Shown one piece after another: positions 35,344-42,331 of a stretch of 64,000 nucleotides of DNA. Both the position numbers and the translations under genes were made by a program. The notes below the pieces were generated by a model that was given only the letters and a program-made list of their open reading frames with translations, ran no database searches and was not told the DNA's origin. Source of the stretch: Candidatus Omnitrophota bacterium (GTDB taxonomy: Bacteria; Omnitrophota; Gorgyraeia; Zapsychrales; Zapsychraceae); the NCBI GenBank assembly GCA_015233195.1, contig JADFYE010000001.1, positions 3,235-67,234 of the forward strand, read 5' to 3'. Position 1 is the stretch's first letter. The number at the start of each line of letters is the position of its first letter.

Positions 35344-36795
35344 TTAATATTTAATCACATTTTCTTTCATTAATTTATTTCTGTATTCTTCGAAAACTTT
35401 ATCTTTCTTAGCGTTCAGCAGGGTTTCTTGTATTTCTTTTTTATTGGTTTCAAATTTGCTCATATCTGCTGGTTTGAAAGTTGACACGAATGCGATTGCA
35501 GCTCCATTGATATTTTTTATAGGGTTTAGTGTCAAATTTGTTTTGGTTATTCCGGTTAATTGATTTTCTTCTTCCTGGTTGAGCTCTAAAGCCATGGGAA
35601 TTTGTTGTAATGGGATTTCTTTTGAATCTTTAACTTCAAATCCAGTATCTTTTGCTAGTTGTTTGAATTGATCCGCTGAGGTGATGGATTTAAATTTTTC
35701 AAATAATTCTTGAGCTTGTTTTAATGCTGCTAATTTCTCTTGTTCTTTATTGTAGGCTTTTGTTACTTTTGTGTTAACTTGTTCCAGCGTGGGAGAGAAA
35801 GGCTGTTTACGGTCGATGAGTTTTATAATTACATAGCCTTTATCTTTAATTTCATAAGGTTCAGTCATAGTAGATCCGACATTCATTTGCATAATATCAT
35901 TGATTAAAGGCAGCGGCCATTCTGGAATAGCATTATCTGCTTCAGATAAACTTATATAATCTGTGGTTTGTAATTTGAAATTTAATTTTTTTGCGGCAAT
36001 TGCAAGGTCTTTATTTTTAATATAATCGTCGATGATTGCTTTGCCTTTATATTTCATTTCTACCTGTTTTTGTATCCCGCCGTCAGCAGGAAAATCCAAA
36101 GTTACATATTCGATTTTTACGGTAGTCGGCATATCAAATAAATTTTTATGTTGTTCAAAATAAGTTTTCAAAGCCGTATCTTCTATTTTTACCTGCGCTG
36201 CTGGTTCTTTTGCCGGTATTTCAATGTACAACAATTGCGCTAGGGTATTTTCTTTCAGGAATTCATCTTTTATGTCATTTTCATTTACGGTAACGCCGGC
36301 AGTGATTTTATCGAATAAGGCTTTTAAAAGCAGGGAGTCGCGGATACTTTCTTCGAAATCCGGAATTTTAGTTTTTAAGGTTGAATTTACGAATTCCCGA
36401 TAAAACTGTTTGTTGAATACTCCATTATTGAAGAACATATCATATCCGGCAATGGTCTCTACGATTTTTTGATCCGGTATTTTGATGCCTTGTTTTTTAG
36501 CTTCTTGGGCGATGATTATTTTTTCCCAGGTTTGTTCTTTGAGTTTTAATAAAGGTTTGAATTGTTCAAACAATTGCCCATATTGCATTTGTGAAGTGAT
36601 TAAGTGGTGAGTATACGCGTTATTAAATTGTTCACAAGTCACTTTTTGGTTGTTGATAGTACCAGCAACACAGGAGGGGAAAAACTTTTTATAGGTTAAC
36701 AACGCAGCGTATATTATAACCGCTGATACTAATATAATGGAAATGATCAGATAAAGTTTTTTACTGGGATCGGTATTTGAGTTTGGGTTGGTCAT
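35344..36795 (-). CDS. Periplasmic chaperone, PpiD/SurA-like (SurA N-terminal domain, membrane-anchored)
   Basis: 483 aa. N-terminal TM anchor (LYLIISIILVSAVIIYAALL), then a SurA_N-like region (INNQKVTCEQFNNAY...QEAKKQGIKIPDQKIVETI). No clear parvulin signature was recognised. Confidence 0.6.
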   Translation of the reverse strand: MTNPNSNTDPSKKLYLIISIILVSAVIIYAALLTYKKFFPSCVAGTINNQKVTCEQFNNAYTHHLITSQMQYGQLFEQFKPLLKLKEQTWEKIIIAQEAKKQGIKIPDQKIVETIAGYDMFFNNGVFNKQFYREFVNSTLKTKIPDFEESIRDSLLLKALFDKITAGVTVNENDIKDEFLKENTLAQLLYIEIPAKEPAAQVKIEDTALKTYFEQHKNLFDMPTTVKIEYVTLDFPADGGIQKQVEMKYKGKAIIDDYIKNKDLAIAAKKLNFKLQTTDYISLSEADNAIPEWPLPLINDIMQMNVGSTMTEPYEIKDKGYVIIKLIDRKQPFSPTLEQVNTKVTKAYNKEQEKLAALKQAQELFEKFKSITSADQFKQLAKDTGFEVKDSKEIPLQQIPMALELNQEEENQLTGITKTNLTLNPIKNINGAAIAFVSTFKPADMSKFETNKKEIQETLLNAKKDKVFEEYRNKLMKENVIKY

Positions 36796-36856
36796 ATTTA
36801 TATCCTTGGTTAATTGTTACCTTGGAACTAATTCTATATGCGGATATAAAATATGG

Positions 36857-37021
36857 CAAGAAGGATATAAATAAAAACGACTCCCAACTGGAACTGCGGG
36901 GAGCCGCTCTTATAAGGCGATAGACCTTCAATTGCTTTCGCTATCTATTCCTACCTCCTCTTACATAAATTAGTATGCCACGACTTTTAGAAAAAAGCAA
37001 GGTACCTAAAGTCGTATTTTT
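36857..37021 (+). ncRNA. Candidate small RNA (weakly supported)
   Basis: Promoter-like TTGGAA (36822-36827), 17 nt, TATAAA (36845-36850). Hairpin 36981-37014 (cgacttt.ag/ct.aaagtcg) followed by tattttt. No ORF longer than 6 codons. Contains cctacctcctc (an anti-SD-like CCUCC motif) at about 36950-36960. Confidence 0.2.
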
Positions 37022-37105
37022 CCGTCGTGAAAATAAAAAATTTTTGTGAAATATAATAATTCGTTATTTAATGGGGAAGAGGCTGTAGGGGTATATTTTT
37101 TTATT

Positions 37106-37144
37106 TTGCAAATATTTGCAAATAACATAATGTTGTGTTATATT
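37106..37144 (+). promoter_or_regulatory. Candidate tRNA-Pro promoter overlapping a perfect 16-bp palindrome
   Basis: TTGCAAATATTTGCAA (37106-37121) is a perfect palindrome. Its right half, TTGCAA (37116-37121), followed by a 17-nt spacer and TATATT (37139-37144), forms a sigma70-like promoter about 95 nt upstream of tRNA-Pro. Confidence 0.45.
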
Positions 37145-37240
37145 ATGGCACTTCAATAGATTTTGAATATAAAGTCTTTAAGTCGGGGAGTAGCAGTTCG
37201 ACTGCGCTCACCACAGTTCTAGATATAAGATTTTTTTAGT

Positions 37241-37317
37241 CGGGGAGTAGCGCAGCTGGCTAGCGCACTTGTTTTGGGAACAAGGGGTCGCGGGTTCGAA
37301 TCCCTCCTCCCCGACCA
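37241..37317 (+). tRNA. tRNA-Pro (anticodon UGG), CCA encoded
   Basis: Hand-folded cloverleaf: acceptor CGGGGAG/CTCCCCG, D arm GCGC-AGCTGGCTA-GCGC, anticodon arm CTTGT-TTTGGGA-ACAAG, T arm GCGGG-TTCGAAT-CCCTC (one C-T mismatch), and ACCA at the 3' end. Confidence 0.85.
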
Positions 37318-37336
37318 TTTTTTATACAGATTATAT

Positions 37337-38137
37337 ATGCGAATGAGAACTTCCTTAATATTCGGGCTTGCTTTAGGCGTTATTGGTCTTATTTTCGGAA
37401 CATTTCTTTCCTCGGTATTATTTGTTTACTCAGTAACTCAATTTGATATGTATTTATTTCATAATAAGGCGTGGCCATTATGGTTTACAGTATTATGGAT
37501 AGTTTTATGCGGTTTGTTAGGTATCATGATGATCATGACCGCGGTTAAAAGCGGAACACGTTTAGGCGAATGGGTAGAAAGCAGGATAAAGTCAAAACTG
37601 GTTTTGAATATTTGTTCTTTCATAACATTGTTGGTTTCGTTATTATTATTAGTGTCATTTTTTTTCATGCTTTTTAAAATTGCAAAAGATCCGTCGAGAG
37701 AACGGCCGGGTTTGAAGGTTCATAAACTCGCTAGCATTAATTTTTTTCGGGTGGATAAAACAAATCAGGGTCTTGATTTGGTGGTTAGAGTCGATGGTCC
37801 GAGTACGGATCATTATATGCTGGGCGTTGATCTTACGGTTGCTGGGGATAAGGCTAAAGGCGTTATTAAAAGCAACCAAAAAAAAATACCTTTGGATTTT
37901 GGGTCTCAGGATTTTGTGGTGCCGGTTAAGTGGGAAGATCTGACTTCAAAATACGCGGAACTACTGATAGATAAAACCGGAACATTTGATGTTGAACAAG
38001 AATTTATGGCTCAGGCGCTGTTGCTTTTGGCAGAAGATTCAAGTATTACTCCAGATCGGATGGTTGCAGTAATAAAATTGAAACTGCACTGCGCTTCCGG
38101 AAAGTGTAATATAATCCCGCTTTACAGTCAGAGATAA
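37337..38137 (+). CDS. Hypothetical membrane protein (4 predicted TM helices plus a soluble C-terminal domain)
   Basis: Start moved to ATG 37337, because the track start at 37274 overlaps tRNA-Pro. No recognisable motif. Confidence 0.45.
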   Translation: MRMRTSLIFGLALGVIGLIFGTFLSSVLFVYSVTQFDMYLFHNKAWPLWFTVLWIVLCGLLGIMMIMTAVKSGTRLGEWVESRIKSKLVLNICSFITLLVSLLLLVSFFFMLFKIAKDPSRERPGLKVHKLASINFFRVDKTNQGLDLVVRVDGPSTDHYMLGVDLTVAGDKAKGVIKSNQKKIPLDFGSQDFVVPVKWEDLTSKYAELLIDKTGTFDVEQEFMAQALLLLAEDSSITPDRMVAVIKLKLHCASGKCNIIPLYSQR

Positions 38138-38166
38138 TTTTGATATAAACATTGGTGTTAAATTTT

Positions 38167-38240
38167 GGCCCCGTAGCTCAGTTGGATAGAGCAACAGCCT
38201 TCTAAGCTGTGGGTCGCACGTTCGATTCGGGCCGGGGTCA
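38167..38240 (+). tRNA. tRNA-Arg (anticodon UCU), CCA not encoded
   Basis: Acceptor GGCCCCG/CGGGGTC (one G-U), D arm GCTC-AGTTGGATA-GAGC, anticodon arm ACAGC-CTTCTAA-GCTGT, T arm GCACG-TTCGATT-CGGGC (one A-G mismatch), discriminator A. Confidence 0.8.
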
Positions 38241-38299
38241 TTTTTTATTCTAAAACGCCCATCTGCGGCGTTATTCCTTTATTTTACCATCCATATTTA

Positions 38300-38348
38300 T
38301 TTATCGGAAATTTATCGGCAATTTATTGGCATTTTATCGGCAATTTAG
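38300..38348 (+). repeat. Tandem 11-bp repeat array (about 4.5 units, consensus TTTATCGGCAA)
   Basis: Units tttatcggaaa (38300), tttatcggcaa (38311), tttattggcat (38322), tttatcggcaa (38333) and a partial tttag (38344). Located between tRNA-Arg and the Fic gene. Confidence 0.85.
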
Positions 38349-38355
38349 GTATAAT
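38326..38355 (+). promoter_or_regulatory. Candidate promoter of the Fic gene (possibly a leaderless transcript)
   Basis: TTGGCA (38326-38331, inside repeat unit 3), 18-nt spacer, TATAAT (38350-38355). The ATG at 38362 lies only 6 nt after the -10 hexamer, and no SD is present. Confidence 0.4.
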
Positions 38356-38361
38356 TGAAAT

Positions 38362-39447
38362 ATGATTTGGAAACCAGTTTACCAATTTAATTCTTCTATC
38401 ACACGCGCTTTGATGGATATTGAAGCCGCAAAGACTGTGGTTGAAAAACTTCCGCTATCTCCTGCAGTTCAAGCTGAACTTAGATACAAGGCTCGGGTTC
38501 GTTCAACGCATTATTCAACTCGTATTGAAGGTAATCGTTTGACTCTCAAAGAGGCTGAACAAGTGATTGAAAAGAAAGCGAATTTTCATGGTCGGGAGAG
38601 GGATGTAAATGAAGTCCGTAATTATTGGGAGGCACTTTTAAAGGTTGAAGATTGGGCTGCGAAGAAAGTTGAATTAAGCGAAGATTTGATTCAGCGTCTT
38701 CATGCTTTAGTGGATAAGGGGAAAAGAGCAAAAGCCTCTCTTTATCGTGACGGTCAGAATGTTATTCGTGATTCTGCCTCAGGAGGGATTGTTTATCTGC
38801 CGCCTGAAGCAAAAGATGTTTCTTCGCTTATGTCTGCTATGGTGCGTTGGGTTAAACAGGTGCAGAAAGAAGGTATTCCTCCGCCTATCATAGCAGCACT
38901 TGTGCATTATCAATTTGTAACTATCCATCCATATTATGATGGGAATGGGCGGACAGCTCGTTTGCTTGCCACTTTTATTCTTCAGCGTGATGGTTATGGT
39001 TTGAATGGTTTTTTTTCATTGGAAGAGCATCATGCTCGTGACCTGGAGGGATATTATCAGGCATTGTCAGTTCATAAACATCATAATTATTATGAAGGCC
39101 GGGTAGAAGCTGACTTGACTGTTTGGGTGGAATATTTCGTGAAACTTTTAGCAAAGGTATTTCAACAGGCACGGGATGAAGTTTTGCGAGCAGGTGGGGA
39201 GAATATACTTGTTGAGCCGCAGGAATTTCGGAGTTTTGACCATAGAGCAAGAATTGTTATTGCCCTTTTCGTAAAGAAAGATCAGATTGCGGTTAAAGAT
39301 ATTGCGCAGAGTCTCGGATTGTCGGAGAGAATGGCTCGGGTTCTTGTATCTGGATGGGTCAAAGATGGTTGGCTTGAAGTTTTAAATGAGTCTAATCGTG
39401 CTCGGGTTTATGGTTTGGTTAAGAAATATAAAAAATTAGTTGGGTGA
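38362..39447 (+). CDS. Fic-family protein (class II, N-terminal inhibitory helix; C-terminal winged-helix domain)
   Basis: 361 aa. Fic motif HPYYDGNGRTARLL (HxFx[D/E]GNGRxxR with F to Y). N-terminal STRIEG matches the inhibitory [S/T]xxxE[G/N] motif. The C-terminal ~70 aa are wHTH-like (VKDIAQSLGLSERMARVLV). Confidence 0.85.
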   Translation: MIWKPVYQFNSSITRALMDIEAAKTVVEKLPLSPAVQAELRYKARVRSTHYSTRIEGNRLTLKEAEQVIEKKANFHGRERDVNEVRNYWEALLKVEDWAAKKVELSEDLIQRLHALVDKGKRAKASLYRDGQNVIRDSASGGIVYLPPEAKDVSSLMSAMVRWVKQVQKEGIPPPIIAALVHYQFVTIHPYYDGNGRTARLLATFILQRDGYGLNGFFSLEEHHARDLEGYYQALSVHKHHNYYEGRVEADLTVWVEYFVKLLAKVFQQARDEVLRAGGENILVEPQEFRSFDHRARIVIALFVKKDQIAVKDIAQSLGLSERMARVLVSGWVKDGWLEVLNESNRARVYGLVKKYKKLVG

Positions 39448-39572
39448 GAGAATTTAATTTAAAATTATTGTGATACGTGTCGAATTTTTAGGTTATCTCT
39501 AAGCAGTAAGGGACTAACCACTAGTGCGGGTTATTTCGGCGAGAGATATGAATAAAAAAGAAAGAGTGGAAT

Positions 39573-39848
39573 ATGAAAAATATAAAAATAATCTCCAGAT
39601 TTAAGAGTGAAAAAGAAGAGCGTAAATTTTGGGGGAGTCATGATTCAACGGAATATGTGGATTGGTCTAAGGCAAAGCGGGTAACTTTTCCTAATCTGAA
39701 ACCCACATGTAGAAGTATTTCTTTTAGGCTTCCAGTTTATATGTTGGATCAGTTGAGGGTTTTGGCTAATAAACAAGATGTTCCATATCAATCATTGTTG
39801 AAAACATTTTTGGCAGACCGCTTAAAGAAAGAGTTAAAAACCAATTAG
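39573..39848 (+). CDS. BrnA/CopG-type antitoxin-like protein (orphan)
   Basis: 91 aa. FKSEKEERKFWGSHDSTEYVDWSKAKRVTFPNLKP...ISFRLPVYMLDQLRVLANKQDVPYQSLLKTFL matches the pattern of BrnA-family RHH antitoxins. No BrnT-sized ORF fits in the 125 bp upstream. Confidence 0.6.
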   Translation: MKNIKIISRFKSEKEERKFWGSHDSTEYVDWSKAKRVTFPNLKPTCRSISFRLPVYMLDQLRVLANKQDVPYQSLLKTFLADRLKKELKTN

Positions 39849-39921
39849 GTAATAGTTTCTTAAATTGGTTTATAAAAATGAGTTTTTAATTTCTGGCATA
39901 GGTTTGAGTGTGTAATTATTT

Positions 39922-40845
39922 ATGAGACCTTTATTCCGCATATCTGCTGTTTTGTTTGCTTTCATTTTAGGCGCGTTTATTTCCGTGACTTTGTTCGTGC
40001 GGTTTTATGGAAAATCATTTGTGGAAGAATTTTTTACAGCGTCTTTGGATCGGAAAGTTGAGTTTTCAAATATTGTTTATGAATTTCCTAAAGGCATGCT
40101 CATATTTAGTCCGCGCATTGCCGGCATACTTCAAGCTAAACAAATTTCTTTCCAGTTTTCTATAGCTGAGCTGTTGTCTAGAAAGTTGACGGTGCAACAT
40201 TTGGTTATTAAAGAACCAATGTTGTTAACTAGAGAAGGAAAAGAGCGGACTTTGGCTTTGGGTAAGATATCTTTACCGTTCGGATACAAGAATATTGGTG
40301 AATCTTCAAACGGCAAAAAGAAATTTCAAATTTTTATTCGTAAGATAGATATTTATAACGCGAAGTGTAAATTTAAATTTGATCTTTGGGAAAAAGAGCG
40401 CGAGGTAGAAGTGGATCAAGTTAAAATTTCATTGGAAAATGTTGAAGTGCCTTTTAAGTCTGAGAGCATTCCAGTTCAAATTGTTATGAAAGTTGAGCCG
40501 GTATCTGGAATATTTAAAGAATCTTCTTTGCGGGGGATTGGTTCGTTTAATCCGGTTACTAAAAATTTAAATGGACAGATGGTTTTGAAAGAAATTGAAA
40601 AAGCGGCATGGTTGGAGAGTGAAGTTAGCATAAAAGATAGAATTGTTAATGTTAAAGGAAAAATTACTAAGAAAGACATGTTTGTGAATTTAGTAGGGGT
40701 TAAAAGGGAAAAAGGGAGTTTTTTGGCGCCATTGAATTTTAAAGGTGATTTGGTATTTCGGAGTGAATTTGAATTTCAAACTAACATAGATGATTTTGCA
40801 ATAAAGGATGTTTTGTTCAATGTAAAGCTGGAGGCTGGTTCGTAG
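39922..40845 (+). CDS. Membrane-anchored hypothetical protein (AsmA-like N-terminal region)
   Basis: 307 aa. N-terminal TM helix followed by beta-rich sequence (LTVQHLVIKEPMLLTREG...). General resemblance to 16448-17422. Confidence 0.35.
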   Translation: MRPLFRISAVLFAFILGAFISVTLFVRFYGKSFVEEFFTASLDRKVEFSNIVYEFPKGMLIFSPRIAGILQAKQISFQFSIAELLSRKLTVQHLVIKEPMLLTREGKERTLALGKISLPFGYKNIGESSNGKKKFQIFIRKIDIYNAKCKFKFDLWEKEREVEVDQVKISLENVEVPFKSESIPVQIVMKVEPVSGIFKESSLRGIGSFNPVTKNLNGQMVLKEIEKAAWLESEVSIKDRIVNVKGKITKKDMFVNLVGVKREKGSFLAPLNFKGDLVFRSEFEFQTNIDDFAIKDVLFNVKLEAGS

Positions 40846-40905
40846 AAAAATATTGCCCAAAAAAGTTTTTGTGCTAAAATGTGGCATCTCAGACGATAAA
40901 TTTAT

Positions 40906-40984
40906 GGTGGCTGTAGCGCAGTCCGGTTAGCGCACAAGATTGTGGATCTTGGTGTCGGGGGTTCAAATCCCCTCAGCCACCCCA
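40906..40984 (+). tRNA. tRNA-His (anticodon GUG) with encoded G-1 and CCA
   Basis: G-1, then acceptor GTGGCTG/CAGCCAC, D arm GCGC-AGTCCGGTTA-GCGC, anticodon arm CAAGA-TTGTGGA-TCTTG, T arm GGGGG-TTCAAAT-CCCCT, discriminator C, CCA. Confidence 0.9.
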
Positions 40985-40996
40985 TTTTCAATAAAA

Positions 40997-41030
40997 GGAA
41001 CAATCGATGTTGATTGTTCCTTTTTTATTT
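40997..41030 (+). terminator. Rho-independent terminator after tRNA-His
   Basis: 9-bp stem ggaacaatc/gattgttcc with loop gatgtt, followed by ttttttatttt. Confidence 0.75.
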
Positions 41031-41129
41031 TGAAAATAAAAATTATTTGATTTTCAATGCTGTTATGGTATCCTTATTTTAGTGTTTCCTGGTGGAAACG
41101 TATGTTTCTATTAAAAAACGGATAGTTTT

Positions 41130-41657
41130 ATGTTAAAAGAGTCGGAATTGAAAATATTGAATTATCTAACCCTTGATGAAGACGGGGCGGAGTTTGTGTC
41201 TCAAATCGCGCGTGATGTTGGAATCAGCAAAGGGGAAGTAAGTAAAGCTATTCAAGTTTTGAAACACGGTGGTTTTGTAAAGACGGAACTTAAAGGTCGA
41301 AATATGGTTTGTTCGGTCAAGCGAACATCGGTGGTCAGTCAAAAATTACGGATGGCTTTTAATTTACTTGAGGTAATGCCAAAACTCGAATCATTAAAAA
41401 AATATGCGTTAAAAATTGTTTTGTTTGGAAGCTGCGCTCAAGGCGTGGACATTGCCAAAAGTGATATTGATATTTTTGTGATTACGAAAGATAAAATAGA
41501 AATAAATAAAGCTGTTCAGAAAATTAAATTTTCCCGTCCAGCTCAGTGGATTGTTAAAACACCGCAAGAGTATGTGATATTAAATATTAAAGAGCGAGTG
41601 TTTGCAGAAGAGATTGGCAAAGGGATTACTTTGTGGGAGACCGATGAAACTACTTGA
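41130..41657 (+). CDS. Minimal nucleotidyltransferase (MNT) with N-terminal winged-helix domain; antitoxin partner of HEPN
   Basis: 175 aa. LFGSCAQGVDIAKSDIDIFV (GSxxxG...DxD pol-beta NTase motif). N-terminal wHTH (FVSQIARDVGISKGEVSKAIQVLKHGGFV). Confidence 0.7.
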   Translation: MLKESELKILNYLTLDEDGAEFVSQIARDVGISKGEVSKAIQVLKHGGFVKTELKGRNMVCSVKRTSVVSQKLRMAFNLLEVMPKLESLKKYALKIVLFGSCAQGVDIAKSDIDIFVITKDKIEINKAVQKIKFSRPAQWIVKTPQEYVILNIKERVFAEEIGKGITLWETDETT

Positions 41658-42084
41658 ATTTGACGATTGTGTAAAAAAAGGGAAAATAATTCGTTTTCCG
41701 TCTGCAAAAAAGATGGCGCCTAAAGAATTAGATGTTGCGCAAGAAGATTTGGTGACTGCTCAACAAAGTTTAAAACAGAAAAATTATAAATGGGCGACGG
41801 TTCAGGCTTATTATGCGATGTTTCACGCGGCTCGAACGCTTTTGTATCATAAAGGTTATCGGGAGAAGAGTCATTATTGTTTGATTTTAGCGATGAAAGC
41901 TTTTTATGTGAGTGAAGGGATTTTGGAGATGTCTTTAGTTGAAAGCCTTCAGATGGCAAAATCTTTAAGAGAAGGTGCGGATTATGATAATACTTTTGAT
42001 TCAGATAGCGCAGAGGCTTTAGTGGCGCAAGCGAAAGAATTTGTTGACGTGGCGGAAAAGGTAATATTTGAGAAAAAAAAGTGA
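41644..42084 (+). CDS. HEPN domain protein (toxin partner of MNT)
   Basis: In-frame ATG at 41644 overlaps the MNT stop by 14 nt. AQEDLVTAQQSLKQKNYKWATVQAYYAMFHAARTLL...LREGADYD fits the helical pattern of the HEPN (PF05168-like) family. Confidence 0.65.
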   Translation: MKLLEFDDCVKKGKIIRFPSAKKMAPKELDVAQEDLVTAQQSLKQKNYKWATVQAYYAMFHAARTLLYHKGYREKSHYCLILAMKAFYVSEGILEMSLVESLQMAKSLREGADYDNTFDSDSAEALVAQAKEFVDVAEKVIFEKKK

Positions 42085-42108
42085 TTTAAACAACAGGAGG
42101 TAGTCCCG

Positions 42109-42294
42109 ATGGTTCCGGAAAAATTGATGGAGATTATGAAGCAAGATGGAGTTGCTGCCATTGCGACATTGGGGAGTAAGGGAAAAGCGGCTTTTATTAC
42201 ATCTGGACCTGATTATGATTTTTTGAAAGCAAAGTATAGTTGGGTGCGAGCCAACTTGGCTGTTACAATTGATTCTGCTGTTCAAACCTGGTGA
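42109..42294 (+). pseudogene. Possible remnant of a pyridoxamine 5'-phosphate oxidase-family (flavin-binding split barrel) gene
   Basis: 61 aa. The N-terminus VPEKLMEIMKQDGVAAIATLGSKGK resembles that family, whose members are usually ~130-150 aa. The ORF then diverges and ends early. Confidence 0.3.
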
Positions 42295-42331
42295 AGCAAA
42301 CGAGTTTTAATTTTATATAATCGTGACTTAA

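Noticed and set aside
37183-37240. tmRNA or a second tRNA (ggggagtagcagttcgac resembles a tmRNA/tRNA 5' end).
   Set aside because: There is no matching 3' acceptor/T-arm of its own, no tag reading frame, and only 58 nt before the real tRNA-Pro. It was kept only as a 5'-end duplicate.
37274-37336. ORF start at 37274 ([15 protein letters not shown]...).
   Set aside because: This part is the translation of tRNA-Pro. The CDS was re-started at 37337.
37241-38240. T-stem mismatches in tRNA-Pro (C-U) and tRNA-Arg (A-G) as evidence of tRNA pseudogenes.
   Set aside because: All other arms, conserved T-loop/D-loop residues and anticodon loops are canonical. Single mismatches are tolerated. tRNAscan-SE scoring is needed before calling them defective.
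38300-38348. Possible CRISPR array.
   Set aside because: The units are 11 bp and directly abutting, with no spacers. This is far too short for CRISPR repeats, and there are no cas genes in the window.
42019-42285. 88-aa minus-strand ORF overlapping the HEPN 3' end and the PNPOx-like remnant.
   Set aside because: It has no motif and no SD, and its composition is typical of an antisense shadow.
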